Source of the DNA: Spirochaetaceae bacterium
GTDB taxonomy: Bacteria; Spirochaetota; Spirochaetia; DSM-2461
Length of the DNA stretch: 56,262 nucleotides
Reading direction: 5' to 3'
Assembly: GCA_051531975.1 (NCBI GenBank)
Contig: JAOPTT010000025.1
Span: 14,802-71,063, forward strand
The notes below the pieces were generated by a model. That model had not been told where the DNA came from and did not search any database. It saw nothing but the letters and a program-made list of their open reading frames with translations. Position 1 is the stretch's first letter; each line of letters starts with the position of its first letter. Positions 38,872-49,018 of the stretch are shown in pieces. Made by a program: the position numbers and the translations under genes.

Positions 38872-41163
38872 TTAGAGCTTGAGTTTTCCTCTAATACCCA
38901 TGATGAAGTTGACCTTATCCAATTCGGGGAGAAGTCTAAGTTCAATGACATATACTTCTGTTCCCAGACCTCCAAACGAATCTCCAAGAAGATCTGTGGC
39001 TGAAAGAGGTAGGTTTAGCTTATTAACACGGCGAGCGATTGTTCCTCTTATATCAAGAAGATCTTCTTCAATCCAGTTGGGGAAATCATTAATATTGACA
39101 TAGTCTGTTTCAGGACTGACAGCGATTTTGAAGTCATCCAGAAGCATACCTTCTTCTTCAATGTTTGTCTGCAGATTAACACGACCTCTAAGATCCACAA
39201 AAACCGATATATGTTCGAGTTCAACCTGAGATTTCCAAGTTTTAAATTTCGGAGGGAAAATCTTGACTTTTATATGGGTTTTTGTTGCAAGAAATCTTGT
39301 AGTTGCTTTGATTTTCCCCTCGAAATTAAGGAATCCGTCTTGAAAGATGAAATGCAGACTCTTAATATTCGAGATGTCAGTTCGTATCCTGAATCTCTCA
39401 AGACGCAGAGCATCAACTGGATTCATGGCGATTATTATTGCTTTAATCACGTTATGCATACCTTTAACTTTACCCTTTTTCGAATCAGGTATCTGAGTTC
39501 GAAGTAAGGAATTAAAGTCAACATAGGGCATGCTTGCTATTATCTGCGGAATCTCGAACTCGAGTGTTTTATCATTGATTAAGAAGTTTGCTTCTGGAAG
39601 CTGCACACCAAGATTTGCTATAGGAAATTTTCCACTAACGATGTTACTAACATCAGGGCTCGAAGTACTGATGTTGATATTTGCACGCATTGGATTCCAT
39701 TCCAGAACCGAGACGCTAAGTTCAGTATTCTTAAGTTGCAATGATCCTCCTTCACTTGGGCTAATGATTACATTATCCCAGACACTTTCGATACCAATTA
39801 CCGGCGGTCCTGTGTTATCCATAGTCGGATTAAGGATAATGCCTTCAGCAGTATTAATCCGGACATTTGATCCATCAATGGAGTTGAGCATTAGGATGAC
39901 ATCACTACCTTCACTCAGAGATGCAGTAACATCATTGAATTTAATATTTCCAGTATCCACATGAATGTTTTCCCAATCACTACTAACGAGATCGGTTATC
40001 TTTAACCCTGTCATACTTATGGTCATCGTCTTGTCACCATCTATGAGGACAATAATGGCATTTTGCATATCAAAACTTGGAATTTCAATCCGGTTTTCAA
40101 CACCAATTTCAAATACAAAACCTTCGAGGTCTGCAGAGTCGAAACTTAAGAACCCACCACCTATAATAATGTCAGATTTGTCTAGATGCACATAACCTAT
40201 GAGTTTTGCGGTTAGTGATGTTCCCATTTCATCCCTGTGGAACATAAATCTCTCTATTCCAAGGTTCACTGATTCTATGATCATCATAGTCGATTCATTG
40301 CCTTCTAATATATTTATGTATCCTTTACCTGATGAAAGGTAATTTTCTTCGACACCAGAAGCATTGAAGGTTATAGATTCCTTGTTGATATTGCATGTTC
40401 CAGCAAGGGCCATACTGAGCTTGTCAAATTTTGTGTCGAGATCGCCCCCGGATATTACTGTACCCTCTTTCAGGTTTAGATTAGCACTGAAACTACCTAT
40501 CAGGCTTCCGTCTTTTATGCTGACTATTACATCTTTGAGGGCAACACTTGAGTCTTTTCCGAGGACCAGAATAGAATCATCGAAGTAGACAATAGATTCT
40601 GGTTTCAAGTTCATGTTGAAATCTTTGACATATAGATGTTTGATACCGTCTTCGAACTTAAGGTTACCGTTCTTGTCGTTAATCAACTTTAGGATGATGA
40701 AATGTGAGAGTGATCGGCCTATGTTCACTTTAACATTAAAAACTTCCTTAGATATAATATCAGCTTCGTTGTTGAGATCAATATCCAAGATGGCTATAGA
40801 GAGGCTGCCAGTTTTTAGGATTACCTCTTTTGAAAACTTAATGTAAAAGTCATTTAACTCAGGGATCACGAGTAGACCATCACCAACTGGTAATGAACTC
40901 TGGATATAGAAGTCAATGGAGTACTCAATCGTTGTATCCTTTGAAAGTTGAATGTAATCATTTTTCAAAGAATCAACATAGTACTTTCCAGCCTTCAACG
41001 ACATTGTTCCGTGGGAAGTCGCTGTTTCTATATTAGCAATTAGCTGGGAATACTCGTTATATGCAAGATTGAACTCTTTATCAATCTTGTATGGTAAATC
41101 GATAGATATACAACTTTCGAGGATGATTGTGATTGATATGACTATAAGCCGTATTTTTTTCAT
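38872..41163 (-). CDS. Large hypothetical beta-rich exported protein (possible lipoprotein), foreign composition
   Basis: 763-aa ORF with RBS GAGG and signal ending ILES-C. Visibly more GC-rich than its flanks. Confidence 0.7.
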   Translation of the reverse strand: MKKIRLIVISITIILESCISIDLPYKIDKEFNLAYNEYSQLIANIETATSHGTMSLKAGKYYVDSLKNDYIQLSKDTTIEYSIDFYIQSSLPVGDGLLVIPELNDFYIKFSKEVILKTGSLSIAILDIDLNNEADIISKEVFNVKVNIGRSLSHFIILKLINDKNGNLKFEDGIKHLYVKDFNMNLKPESIVYFDDSILVLGKDSSVALKDVIVSIKDGSLIGSFSANLNLKEGTVISGGDLDTKFDKLSMALAGTCNINKESITFNASGVEENYLSSGKGYINILEGNESTMMIIESVNLGIERFMFHRDEMGTSLTAKLIGYVHLDKSDIIIGGGFLSFDSADLEGFVFEIGVENRIEIPSFDMQNAIIVLIDGDKTMTISMTGLKITDLVSSDWENIHVDTGNIKFNDVTASLSEGSDVILMLNSIDGSNVRINTAEGIILNPTMDNTGPPVIGIESVWDNVIISPSEGGSLQLKNTELSVSVLEWNPMRANINISTSSPDVSNIVSGKFPIANLGVQLPEANFLINDKTLEFEIPQIIASMPYVDFNSLLRTQIPDSKKGKVKGMHNVIKAIIIAMNPVDALRLERFRIRTDISNIKSLHFIFQDGFLNFEGKIKATTRFLATKTHIKVKIFPPKFKTWKSQVELEHISVFVDLRGRVNLQTNIEEEGMLLDDFKIAVSPETDYVNINDFPNWIEEDLLDIRGTIARRVNKLNLPLSATDLLGDSFGGLGTEVYVIELRLLPELDKVNFIMGIRGKLKL

Positions 41164-41320
41164 AATGACCTCACTTGGTTATTAATATGATTTAGACAAC
41201 ATCATAAATAAGGATGACAAAAACAATAATTTTATTATGCTTCTATTTTAGAGTATTAGTTTAATAATGTATAATATTTTTCTATTCTTCGATATCCATA
41301 ACCTAGGTCAAATAAAAATT

Positions 41321-41349
41321 TTCCAATTTACTGAGATATTTGATATAAT
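41321..41349 (+). promoter_or_regulatory. sigma70 promoter with extended -10
   Basis: TTCCAA-17 bp-TATAAT with TGn before the -10 box. Confidence 0.45.
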
Positions 41350-41380
41350 TGAGTTAGATGTTTTTTAATTGGAGGATGAA

Positions 41381-42670
41381 TTGGGACATAATACTGTTAG
41401 AAAAGGATATGATAAATTAACTGAAAGATTAAATAAATTTCCTTTAGGAGCACCACCCTCTGAAACCCTTTATAAAATATTAAATGTTATGTTTTCAGAA
41501 GAGGAAGCAAGATTAGTTGCATTATTACCCATTAAACCTTTTAAAGCCAATGTTGCCGCAAAGGCCTGGAAGAAAAGCACTGCTGAGTCCAGTGAAATAT
41601 TAAATAAGCTTGCATCTAGAGCCTTGCTTATTGATATCGACATCGATGGTAGTTCTACATACGCAATGCCGCCTCCAATGGCTGGTTTTTTTGAATTTTC
41701 ATTAATGAGAGTTGGTGGAAAGCTGGATCAGAAAGTATTAAGTGAACTGTTTCATCAGTATTTAAATGTCGAAGATGATTTTGTGAAAGAGCTTTTTACA
41801 ATGCCAACTCCCCTTGGAAGAACATTTATACAAGAAGAGACTATAGAAGATAGAAATCTTTATGTTTTAGATTATGAGAGAGCTACAGAAGTAATAAAAA
41901 CTGCATCCCATATCGGTGTAGGAACATGTTATTGTCGTCATAAAAAAGAACATATTGGAGAGGCCTGTGATGCTCCAATGGAAATATGTATGACTTTTAA
42001 TAATACTGCTGCTTCACTAATAAAACATGGGTATGCTAAACAAATATCCGATGCTGAATGTCTTGATCTATTAGATCTTGCCAAAAAACACAACCTGGTC
42101 CAGTTTGGAGAGAATGTTCAAAACAGAGTAGCCTTTATTTGTAACTGTTGTTCATGCTGCTGTGAAGCACTTGTAGGGGCTAGAAGGTTTGGGGTTTCCC
42201 ATGGAATCAACTCATCAAATTTCATCTCACATGTAATTGAAGAAAAGTGTATTGGATGTGGGAAATGTGTAGAAGTTTGTCCAGTTGAAGCTTTGTCTTT
42301 GGTTTCAAAAAACAGCATAAATCCAAAAGAAAAAACTGCAAAGCTAATAGAAGAAAATTGTTTAGGGTGTGGAGTTTGTATTGGTGTTTGTAAACCAGAT
42401 GCCATTAAAATGAATCAAAGAGAAGTTAGAGTATTTACTCCTGTTGATATAAACCATAGAGTTGTTTTGGAGGCTATAGAAAAAGGTAAACTACAGAACC
42501 TAATCTTTGATAATCAAGCCCACTTCAATCATCGTATTCTAGCTGCAATTCTTGGAGTTATATTAAAATTACCAGTAGTTAAACAGATAGTTGCAAGTGA
42601 GCAGGTTAAATCAAAATATTTAACTAAGATAATTGAACGTAACTTAAAGAAATCAAAACATTCCAACTAA
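41381..42670 (+). CDS. 4Fe-4S dicluster-binding protein
   Basis: CYCRH, ICNCCSCCC, CIGCGKCVEVCP and CLGCGVCIGVC. Probable start TTG41381 after GGAGG. Confidence 0.88.
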   Translation: MGHNTVRKGYDKLTERLNKFPLGAPPSETLYKILNVMFSEEEARLVALLPIKPFKANVAAKAWKKSTAESSEILNKLASRALLIDIDIDGSSTYAMPPPMAGFFEFSLMRVGGKLDQKVLSELFHQYLNVEDDFVKELFTMPTPLGRTFIQEETIEDRNLYVLDYERATEVIKTASHIGVGTCYCRHKKEHIGEACDAPMEICMTFNNTAASLIKHGYAKQISDAECLDLLDLAKKHNLVQFGENVQNRVAFICNCCSCCCEALVGARRFGVSHGINSSNFISHVIEEKCIGCGKCVEVCPVEALSLVSKNSINPKEKTAKLIEENCLGCGVCIGVCKPDAIKMNQREVRVFTPVDINHRVVLEAIEKGKLQNLIFDNQAHFNHRILAAILGVILKLPVVKQIVASEQVKSKYLTKIIERNLKKSKHSN

Positions 42671-42752
42671 AGAGGTTCCATTCAATCTGAAACTAAATAT
42701 AAATATAATTAGTATAAATATTTTTATAAATTTATTGTCCTTTAATATCATT

Positions 42753-43568
42753 TTAAACTTCTACTCTTAATTTCACATCAGAATATAAATCTGCTGTTAT
42801 TAGGTTATTTTCGTTCAGATATTCAAGGTCAGCTAAATTATGTTTAACATCATCATCTGTATTTAGTAATTCATTTATATCAGTTTTATTAACTATATTT
42901 TGCATTGAACAATTAAGTTCTTCTTTTGTTATTAATTCCCTTTCAAATAGAATAGCTACAGATTTAAGTTTTTGAACTATTATGCCTAAAGATTTGTCTG
43001 CATATTGATTATAAAATCTAAGTATAAAATCTAACTTCTTTTTATTTTCATCTTCTATTGTTACAAGATTATTTTTACGAAGAAGCTTTAATTTATTTAG
43101 GTTTGGCTCAAATACTGATAATACATATCCGCTATCAACTAATAGTTTTGTTTTTGTACTTTGAGATATTTTGACAGATTTTTTATAGAATTTACCAATT
43201 TTGTCATCCTCTCCTTCTATGTGTTCAGTCAACCATTTCATGAGAAAGTAATAAAACTCTATTGGGGTATATGATTGTTTACTCTTAAGTTTAACTAAAA
43301 CTTCTTTTAATTTTGTAATCAATTCAGAGTGTATTCTCTTATGCAACTCTAAGTCGGGGTATGAAATACGTTCCATAAAAGCTTCTTCTGCTTCAAAGTG
43401 ATAATTTGCATAAGAAACTAGAAATTTAATGATATGTCCCATTTCATCAACAATATTTAATGTTTTATCCGAAAGTGAATCTTTAAATTTACAAATTATT
43501 TCTACTAATTTTTTGTGTTGATTATCAATATCTTTTATTCCTATTAAATACTTATCATCCCATTTCAT
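42753..43568 (-). CDS. Bacteriohemerythrin fused to a C-terminal region with SHOCT-like repeats
   Basis: WDDKYLIG..IDNQH, HFEAEE, HKRIH and WLTEHIEGED iron ligands. Start ATG43568 after GGGAG. Confidence 0.85.
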   Translation of the reverse strand: MKWDDKYLIGIKDIDNQHKKLVEIICKFKDSLSDKTLNIVDEMGHIIKFLVSYANYHFEAEEAFMERISYPDLELHKRIHSELITKLKEVLVKLKSKQSYTPIEFYYFLMKWLTEHIEGEDDKIGKFYKKSVKISQSTKTKLLVDSGYVLSVFEPNLNKLKLLRKNNLVTIEDENKKKLDFILRFYNQYADKSLGIIVQKLKSVAILFERELITKEELNCSMQNIVNKTDINELLNTDDDVKHNLADLEYLNENNLITADLYSDVKLRVEV

Positions 43569-43767
43569 GAAAACTCCCACCTAAACTATAGTATGCCCAA
43601 TTTATATTGCAAATATTTTTATATATTATAAATATTTTTATGGGTTGTTAATTTTGGTTTAGATGTTTGTTTCGGTTTATTAGTTCTTGCCAAAAAATAC
43701 ACCAAGCTTCAGTTTGTAATATGATAACCTGATGTTATTGAAATGAATGCAAGAGAAATCAAAACAT

Positions 43768-44298
43768 TCAAACCTTAGGTAGTCCATTAGAGAAGTCTAT
43801 AGGAGCATTTAATACTCGTTGCCCTAACTCTTTATCTAGGTTCATAAGGCCTCTAACATCCTCAGCTATTAGGTTAATCTGAGTAAGAATATCATTAACA
43901 TTCTCTTCCTCTTCCACCTGTTCTGTAATAAACCACTGTAAAAATATCTGTGATGCATGGTCTTTCTCTTCAACTGCAATATCCATTAAGTTATTAATAA
44001 GTTTTGTAACGTTTTCTTCATGTTTTAATGTTTTTGTAAAAAGATCCTGCATTGATTTAAATTCCTGCTCCGGCTTTTCAATATCCAGATACTCAATTTT
44101 ACCACCTCTAGACTGAAGGTATTCATAAAACTTCATAGCGTGATAATTCTCTTCGTGATGTTGAATCTTGAACCACTTAGCAGACCCCTTAAAACCAATT
44201 TGCTCAGCATAAGATGCCATACTAAGATAAAAGAATGAAGAAAAGTACTCCCTATTCATCTGTTTATTTAAACTATTAACCATTTTATCTGTTATCAT
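43768..44298 (-). CDS. ftnA: Non-heme ferritin
   Basis: QMNRE, YLSM, EENYHAMK and FLQWFITEQVEEE ferroxidase pattern. Confidence 0.92.
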   Translation of the reverse strand: MITDKMVNSLNKQMNREYFSSFFYLSMASYAEQIGFKGSAKWFKIQHHEENYHAMKFYEYLQSRGGKIEYLDIEKPEQEFKSMQDLFTKTLKHEENVTKLINNLMDIAVEEKDHASQIFLQWFITEQVEEEENVNDILTQINLIAEDVRGLMNLDKELGQRVLNAPIDFSNGLPKV

Positions 44299-44428
44299 AA
44301 TTCACCTTCCAAATGTTAATTCCTATAATTAATACCAGTATTTTTACTATAATAATCTACTTCTAAATAATATATTCAGTATATATACTTCTTGTTTAAT
44401 TATAGATCACATAGGATCAAAATGTTTA
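44275..44428 (-). repeat. Copy A of a degenerate direct repeat (ferritin 5' end and upstream region)
   Basis: Three collinear blocks match 47446-47580: 33/39, 16/18 and 49/57 by manual alignment. Confidence 0.85.
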
Positions 44429-44566
44429 ATAAATTTACTGTTTTACTTCATTGGAATCAAAAGTAATGACTCATAGACCGATACGTCCTATTAATATTAA
44501 AATTGTCATTGATATATTTGTAATGTTTATATTTTGTATGCTGTAAAAGATTAATTGGAGGGATAA

Positions 44567-45949
44567 ATGAAAAAAGTCATATTATTGCTAGTCATCACTT
44601 TTATTTTCTTAGTTGGGTGTGTTACTAATGAAAATACTGAGGTTCATACTAACCAGAAAGATAAACAAGTATTTGAATTGAAATACACACATATCATACA
44701 ATTTGATGAAAGTGGGTTTTATGACCCTGAGGCTACCGAAGTAGTACTGGATTTATTTTTCAAAAGCCACCCCTCCATTATAGAATTATCATATGAATAT
44801 CCTAATGGATCGATAACTGTAAAAAATAATTATCACGATGTTAAAAAAAACGATAATCTTCATATTGATACAATAGGTGAGTATTTTTCCTCTTATAGAG
44901 AAATTTATTACGTTTCTTTTATTGATGAAGGTCAATTGTGGAATACTTCGTTTACCCGCTACACAGAACAAGGAGGTGAGATATCAGCTGAATATTTTGG
45001 AAAATATACTATGTATTTGAGTCAGGATTCAACAAGAGCCTACAATCTTGAAAATCCATTAGATATTAAAGAACTTGATAACCTTAAGATTGGTGAAATT
45101 GTTTTAATCAATGACCCTGATATAAGCAAGTATGCATTCTTTTATTATGTCCCTGAATCTGCTGTTAGTGGGAATATAACCAAAACTGCCCTTATGGGTA
45201 TGGGTTCACCAGGTTCAACTTATAAAGAATTATCTGTAAATTATTTAAATAAAATGTACTCCCATAAGAGATTTGCAGATGAATATAACTATGCTGTAAT
45301 CTTAATGCTTATTCCCCAGAAAGCTCAGTATTTATTTCAAAATTCAATGATACTTAGAGAGATTGAAAATGAATTCTGGGAACGACCAGACCTTGAGTAT
45401 CGTAATGTAATTAACAGATTTATGGATGAGTTGGAAGTTGGTGGCCTTAATCCTCACCGTAAAGTTTATATGACTGGTTTCTCCAACGGTGGATCTCAAT
45501 CAAGTATCTTCCCTTTACTTCATCCTGACATGGTTGAAGCAACTGCTCCTGGTTCTGCAGGAACCTATGTTTATCCTGCCAATAGTATGAATGGAACTGA
45601 GTTAACATGGCCAATGGGTCTTGCTGATTTGCATAAGATTGATGGTGCAACTTTTATACCTGAACTTTATAAAGAAGTTGAACAGTTCATCTTCGTTGGA
45701 ACAGAAGACAATGATCCTATAAATGACGCCGCTAATGAATTTTATGATAGAGATGCTACCGCCTTTTACAGAGATTTTGCCGGTAAAACACCAGTTGAAA
45801 GAGTTCCCCTTTATGCTTCATATCTAAAAGAATATGGTGTTAATATTGAGTATAAAATTTATGAAGGTATTGGCCATGATTGGACTGATGAAATGATGCA
45901 TGATGTATTCAACTTCTTTGAATCAATACCAATGAACATAATCGAATAA
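44567..45949 (+). CDS. Lipoprotein with C-terminal alpha/beta hydrolase (esterase-like) domain
   Basis: FLVG-C lipobox, GFSNGG nucleophile, GTEDND and GIGHDW. RBS GGAGG. Confidence 0.75.
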   Translation: MKKVILLLVITFIFLVGCVTNENTEVHTNQKDKQVFELKYTHIIQFDESGFYDPEATEVVLDLFFKSHPSIIELSYEYPNGSITVKNNYHDVKKNDNLHIDTIGEYFSSYREIYYVSFIDEGQLWNTSFTRYTEQGGEISAEYFGKYTMYLSQDSTRAYNLENPLDIKELDNLKIGEIVLINDPDISKYAFFYYVPESAVSGNITKTALMGMGSPGSTYKELSVNYLNKMYSHKRFADEYNYAVILMLIPQKAQYLFQNSMILREIENEFWERPDLEYRNVINRFMDELEVGGLNPHRKVYMTGFSNGGSQSSIFPLLHPDMVEATAPGSAGTYVYPANSMNGTELTWPMGLADLHKIDGATFIPELYKEVEQFIFVGTEDNDPINDAANEFYDRDATAFYRDFAGKTPVERVPLYASYLKEYGVNIEYKIYEGIGHDWTDEMMHDVFNFFESIPMNIIE

Positions 45950-46034
45950 AAAAGAACATAAAAAATTAGAATCTTAACCCAGATCAAGAAAATATTATAA
46001 CTAGCATATTATTATAGATATATAGGAGATTTAA

Positions 46035-47408
46035 ATGAGTTTAATAGAACAACTTTTTAACAATCAGAAAGAGTACTTTTTATCAGGAGAGACACTTGAT
46101 CTTAGTTTTAGAAAGAGTGCTCTAAAAAAACTAAAAGAATCGATTATAAAACATGAACTTGATATTGTTGAGGCACTTAAAAAAGATCTAAAAAAGCCAT
46201 TAATGGAAGTTTACACTGCTGAGATTATGAATCTTATTCAAGAGATAAAATTTATGACTAAAAACTTAAAAAAATGGACAAAACCGATAAATGTTAGAGG
46301 TAATTTTTTAGACTTCCCATCAAAGAGTCAAATTATTAAGGAACCTTTTGGTTCAACTCTTATTATTGGAACCTGGAACTACCCTTTTGAGTTAACTTTT
46401 AAGCCACTAATAGGTGCATTAGCTTCTGGTAATGTAGTAATTATAAAACCTTCAGAACATAGTCCAAATTGTTCTAGAGTTATTAACAATATTATTAAAG
46501 ATGCCTTCGACGATAATTATGTAACTGTTTTAGAGGGAGATCTAGATGTTGTTTTAGAACTTCAGGATCAAGCTTTTGATAAGATCTTTTTTACTGGTAG
46601 TACAGAAGTTGGAAAAAAGGTGATGGAAAAAGCATCAAAACATTTAACAAATGTAACCCTAGAATTAGGTGGGAAAAATCCCTGTATTGTAGATAGAGAT
46701 ACAAACATTAATGTTGCAGTTAAAAGAATTATCTTTGGAAAATTTATGAATAATGGTCAGACCTGTATTGCCCCAGATTACATAATTATTCATGAATCAC
46801 TAAAGGATGAATTTATAAAACAAGCTAAGCAAACTATTAATAACTTCTGGTCAGATGATGTTAAACAGTGTCCCGACTATGGTAGGATTATAAATGAAAA
46901 ACAGTTTAATAGATTAATAAAATATTTAAATGTTTTTCCAGTTTTAGTTGGTGGTGATCACGATCTAGATAACTTATACATAGAACCATCACTAATAGAG
47001 GTAACCGATTTAAATAGTAATATTATGGTAGAGGAGATCTTTGGTCCAATTCTTCCTATAGTTACTTTTAACAATATTGATGATCTTTTAGATATAACAA
47101 AGAGAGATACTAACCCACTAGCTCTATATATCTTCTCAAATAGTAACAGTTTTATAAATACTGTAATAAATAATGTCCACTCAGGTGGTGTTTGTATAAA
47201 CGATGTAATATCACAAATATTAAATCACAATCTGCCTTTTGGAGGTAGAGGTTCTAGTGGTATTGGTAGTTACCATGGAAAGTTCTCAATAAAGGCCTTC
47301 TCCCACGAACGATCAATACTAAAAAGGAGCATTAAAATAGATCACTCCCTAAAATACCCACCATACAATAATAGTCATGAGATGATAAAGAAATATGCAC
47401 TTAAATAG
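46035..47408 (+). CDS. Aldehyde dehydrogenase (ALDH3/YwdH-like)
   Basis: WNYPF, KPSE, FTGST, LELGGK, GQTCIAPD and EEIFGP. Confidence 0.93.
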   Translation: MSLIEQLFNNQKEYFLSGETLDLSFRKSALKKLKESIIKHELDIVEALKKDLKKPLMEVYTAEIMNLIQEIKFMTKNLKKWTKPINVRGNFLDFPSKSQIIKEPFGSTLIIGTWNYPFELTFKPLIGALASGNVVIIKPSEHSPNCSRVINNIIKDAFDDNYVTVLEGDLDVVLELQDQAFDKIFFTGSTEVGKKVMEKASKHLTNVTLELGGKNPCIVDRDTNINVAVKRIIFGKFMNNGQTCIAPDYIIIHESLKDEFIKQAKQTINNFWSDDVKQCPDYGRIINEKQFNRLIKYLNVFPVLVGGDHDLDNLYIEPSLIEVTDLNSNIMVEEIFGPILPIVTFNNIDDLLDITKRDTNPLALYIFSNSNSFINTVINNVHSGGVCINDVISQILNHNLPFGGRGSSGIGSYHGKFSIKAFSHERSILKRSIKIDHSLKYPPYNNSHEMIKKYALK

Positions 47409-47445
47409 ATGTTAATATTAAGGGTAATACGATTATTAGATAAAG

Positions 47446-47580
47446 ATTTACCATTTTATCTATTATAATAATGTCCCTTCCAAACATATGTATTTAATAT
47501 AAATACAAGTAATTTTACTTACCATATTCAGCATACATACGTCTGGTTTAATTATAGAAAACCTAGGATCAAAATGTGTA
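47446..47580 (-). pseudogene. Copy B: decayed duplicate of the ferritin upstream region and first ~8 codons (ATG>ATT)
   Basis: Minus strand TTTGGAAGGGACATTATTATAATAGATAAAATGGTAAAT versus ferritin TTTGGAAGGTGAATTATGATAACAGATAAAATGGTTAAT. Confidence 0.8.
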
Positions 47581-48819
47581 TTAATTTAATAAGTTAATAA
47601 TCTCTCCATTATATAAAACAGAGAAGTCATATGTTTTATTACTATAATCATAAATTAGGTTGTTAATAGATAATTCCATTCCTGCTATAGAATCGTTATG
47701 AAAATCATCTGGGATTATAACATGTCCTGTAATTTTAAAAATATCCTGATCAGTCTCAATTCCATATAAATCTATATCTATACCTTTTATTTTAAAATCG
47801 GTTATTGTTGCATTTTGCAGATCAAATTCACCACCATTAACAATCTTGAAGTTTTTTATACTAATTTTCTCATTATTAAATATCTCATTTTGAGGCAGTG
47901 TAATAACTAAATCCTTAACTTCATATTGTTGTTTAAAGAATTTCACACCTCTAAATTTAAACTCTATATCATGTTGATTACCTTCGATACCATTCATACG
48001 AGTATTACTCCAGGTAGAGATACTTCCATCTTCGTCTCTATAAACAATACAATCATAAATTATAGCTGTAGGCCCAGATGTGTCATAGTCTATATTGGTT
48101 AATACTGTTTGAATGAGTTTTAATTGCAAACCATATTCAGATAGACTTCCTCCAATAATCAATGTATGCCAATTGTTTAAATCAATTATGTAGTTTGTAT
48201 CCCAAATTAGACCTTCACCAGCACTGTTAAGTTCTCCATCAAAAGAGAGAAAAACCTCTTCAATTCCAATTTTGTCCCCAGAGTCTAAAAGAATCTCTGA
48301 GTGATCTAAAAAGATTCCTTCTGAGTTTATTAATACTTGACTTAGAAGAATATAAAACCCTTTAAAATATATTTTATTATCCAAACCTTCTTTCTGTAAA
48401 AGTACATTAAAATCAGGATCAATTTGAAACTCAATAATACTGTTACCAATAGCAGCTGGAGATTTAAATACTTCAGGAAATCTAAGCTTACCAGTGACAA
48501 GTAATTTATTATCCTGTATCTTCATACTCTGACTTTCTACATTAAATCCATTTGTAGTAGTAAAAACTAAATCTGATTCTATTTCATATTCACCAAGAAT
48601 ATTTCCATCAGGATCAACAGTTACATTCTCAAATTCAAAACCAAGATCAATATTTCTTTTTTTAATAACAAACTTTTTATATAGTTTATTTTCTCCACTT
48701 TTTTCAGATGTTGATTCAATTTGGTACCCACTAACATTGTCATAAAATGGTCCACCTCCAGCAAAAACACCAGTTGTTATCAATACTGAGAAAAAAACAA
48801 TTATTATCTTTTTAAACAT
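47581..48819 (-). CDS. Hypothetical exported beta-rich protein
   Basis: Signal peptide MFKKIII...VFA, RBS GGAGAG, 412 aa. Confidence 0.7.
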   Translation of the reverse strand: MFKKIIIVFFSVLITTGVFAGGGPFYDNVSGYQIESTSEKSGENKLYKKFVIKKRNIDLGFEFENVTVDPDGNILGEYEIESDLVFTTTNGFNVESQSMKIQDNKLLVTGKLRFPEVFKSPAAIGNSIIEFQIDPDFNVLLQKEGLDNKIYFKGFYILLSQVLINSEGIFLDHSEILLDSGDKIGIEEVFLSFDGELNSAGEGLIWDTNYIIDLNNWHTLIIGGSLSEYGLQLKLIQTVLTNIDYDTSGPTAIIYDCIVYRDEDGSISTWSNTRMNGIEGNQHDIEFKFRGVKFFKQQYEVKDLVITLPQNEIFNNEKISIKNFKIVNGGEFDLQNATITDFKIKGIDIDLYGIETDQDIFKITGHVIIPDDFHNDSIAGMELSINNLIYDYSNKTYDFSVLYNGEIINLLN

Positions 48820-49018
48820 TTACTCTCCATAATTTATATTTTGTAATTCTAACAATCTTATCGATAAATAGTTTTGCAATCAACTAGTTTTCTATAATTA
48901 TAAAATGTGAGATCCACATCAAAAACATGAAATTATTATTAAGTATCGCTACCTATAACTTTTTAAATAAAACTCTTATGAACGACAGCTTAATTTAATT
49001 ATTTATTATCCAGATTAT

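Noticed and set aside
38790..40846. Cluster of plus-strand ORFs opposite the 763-aa gene, and the short 38790-38987 ORF
   Set aside because: They are explained by the higher GC and codon bias of the minus-strand gene.
44411..44466. Small ORFs after AGGA-TCAAA-ATG in both ferritin-repeat copies
   Set aside because: The peptides (14 and 7 aa) diverge right after the start, where the repeat homology ends, so there is no coding signal.
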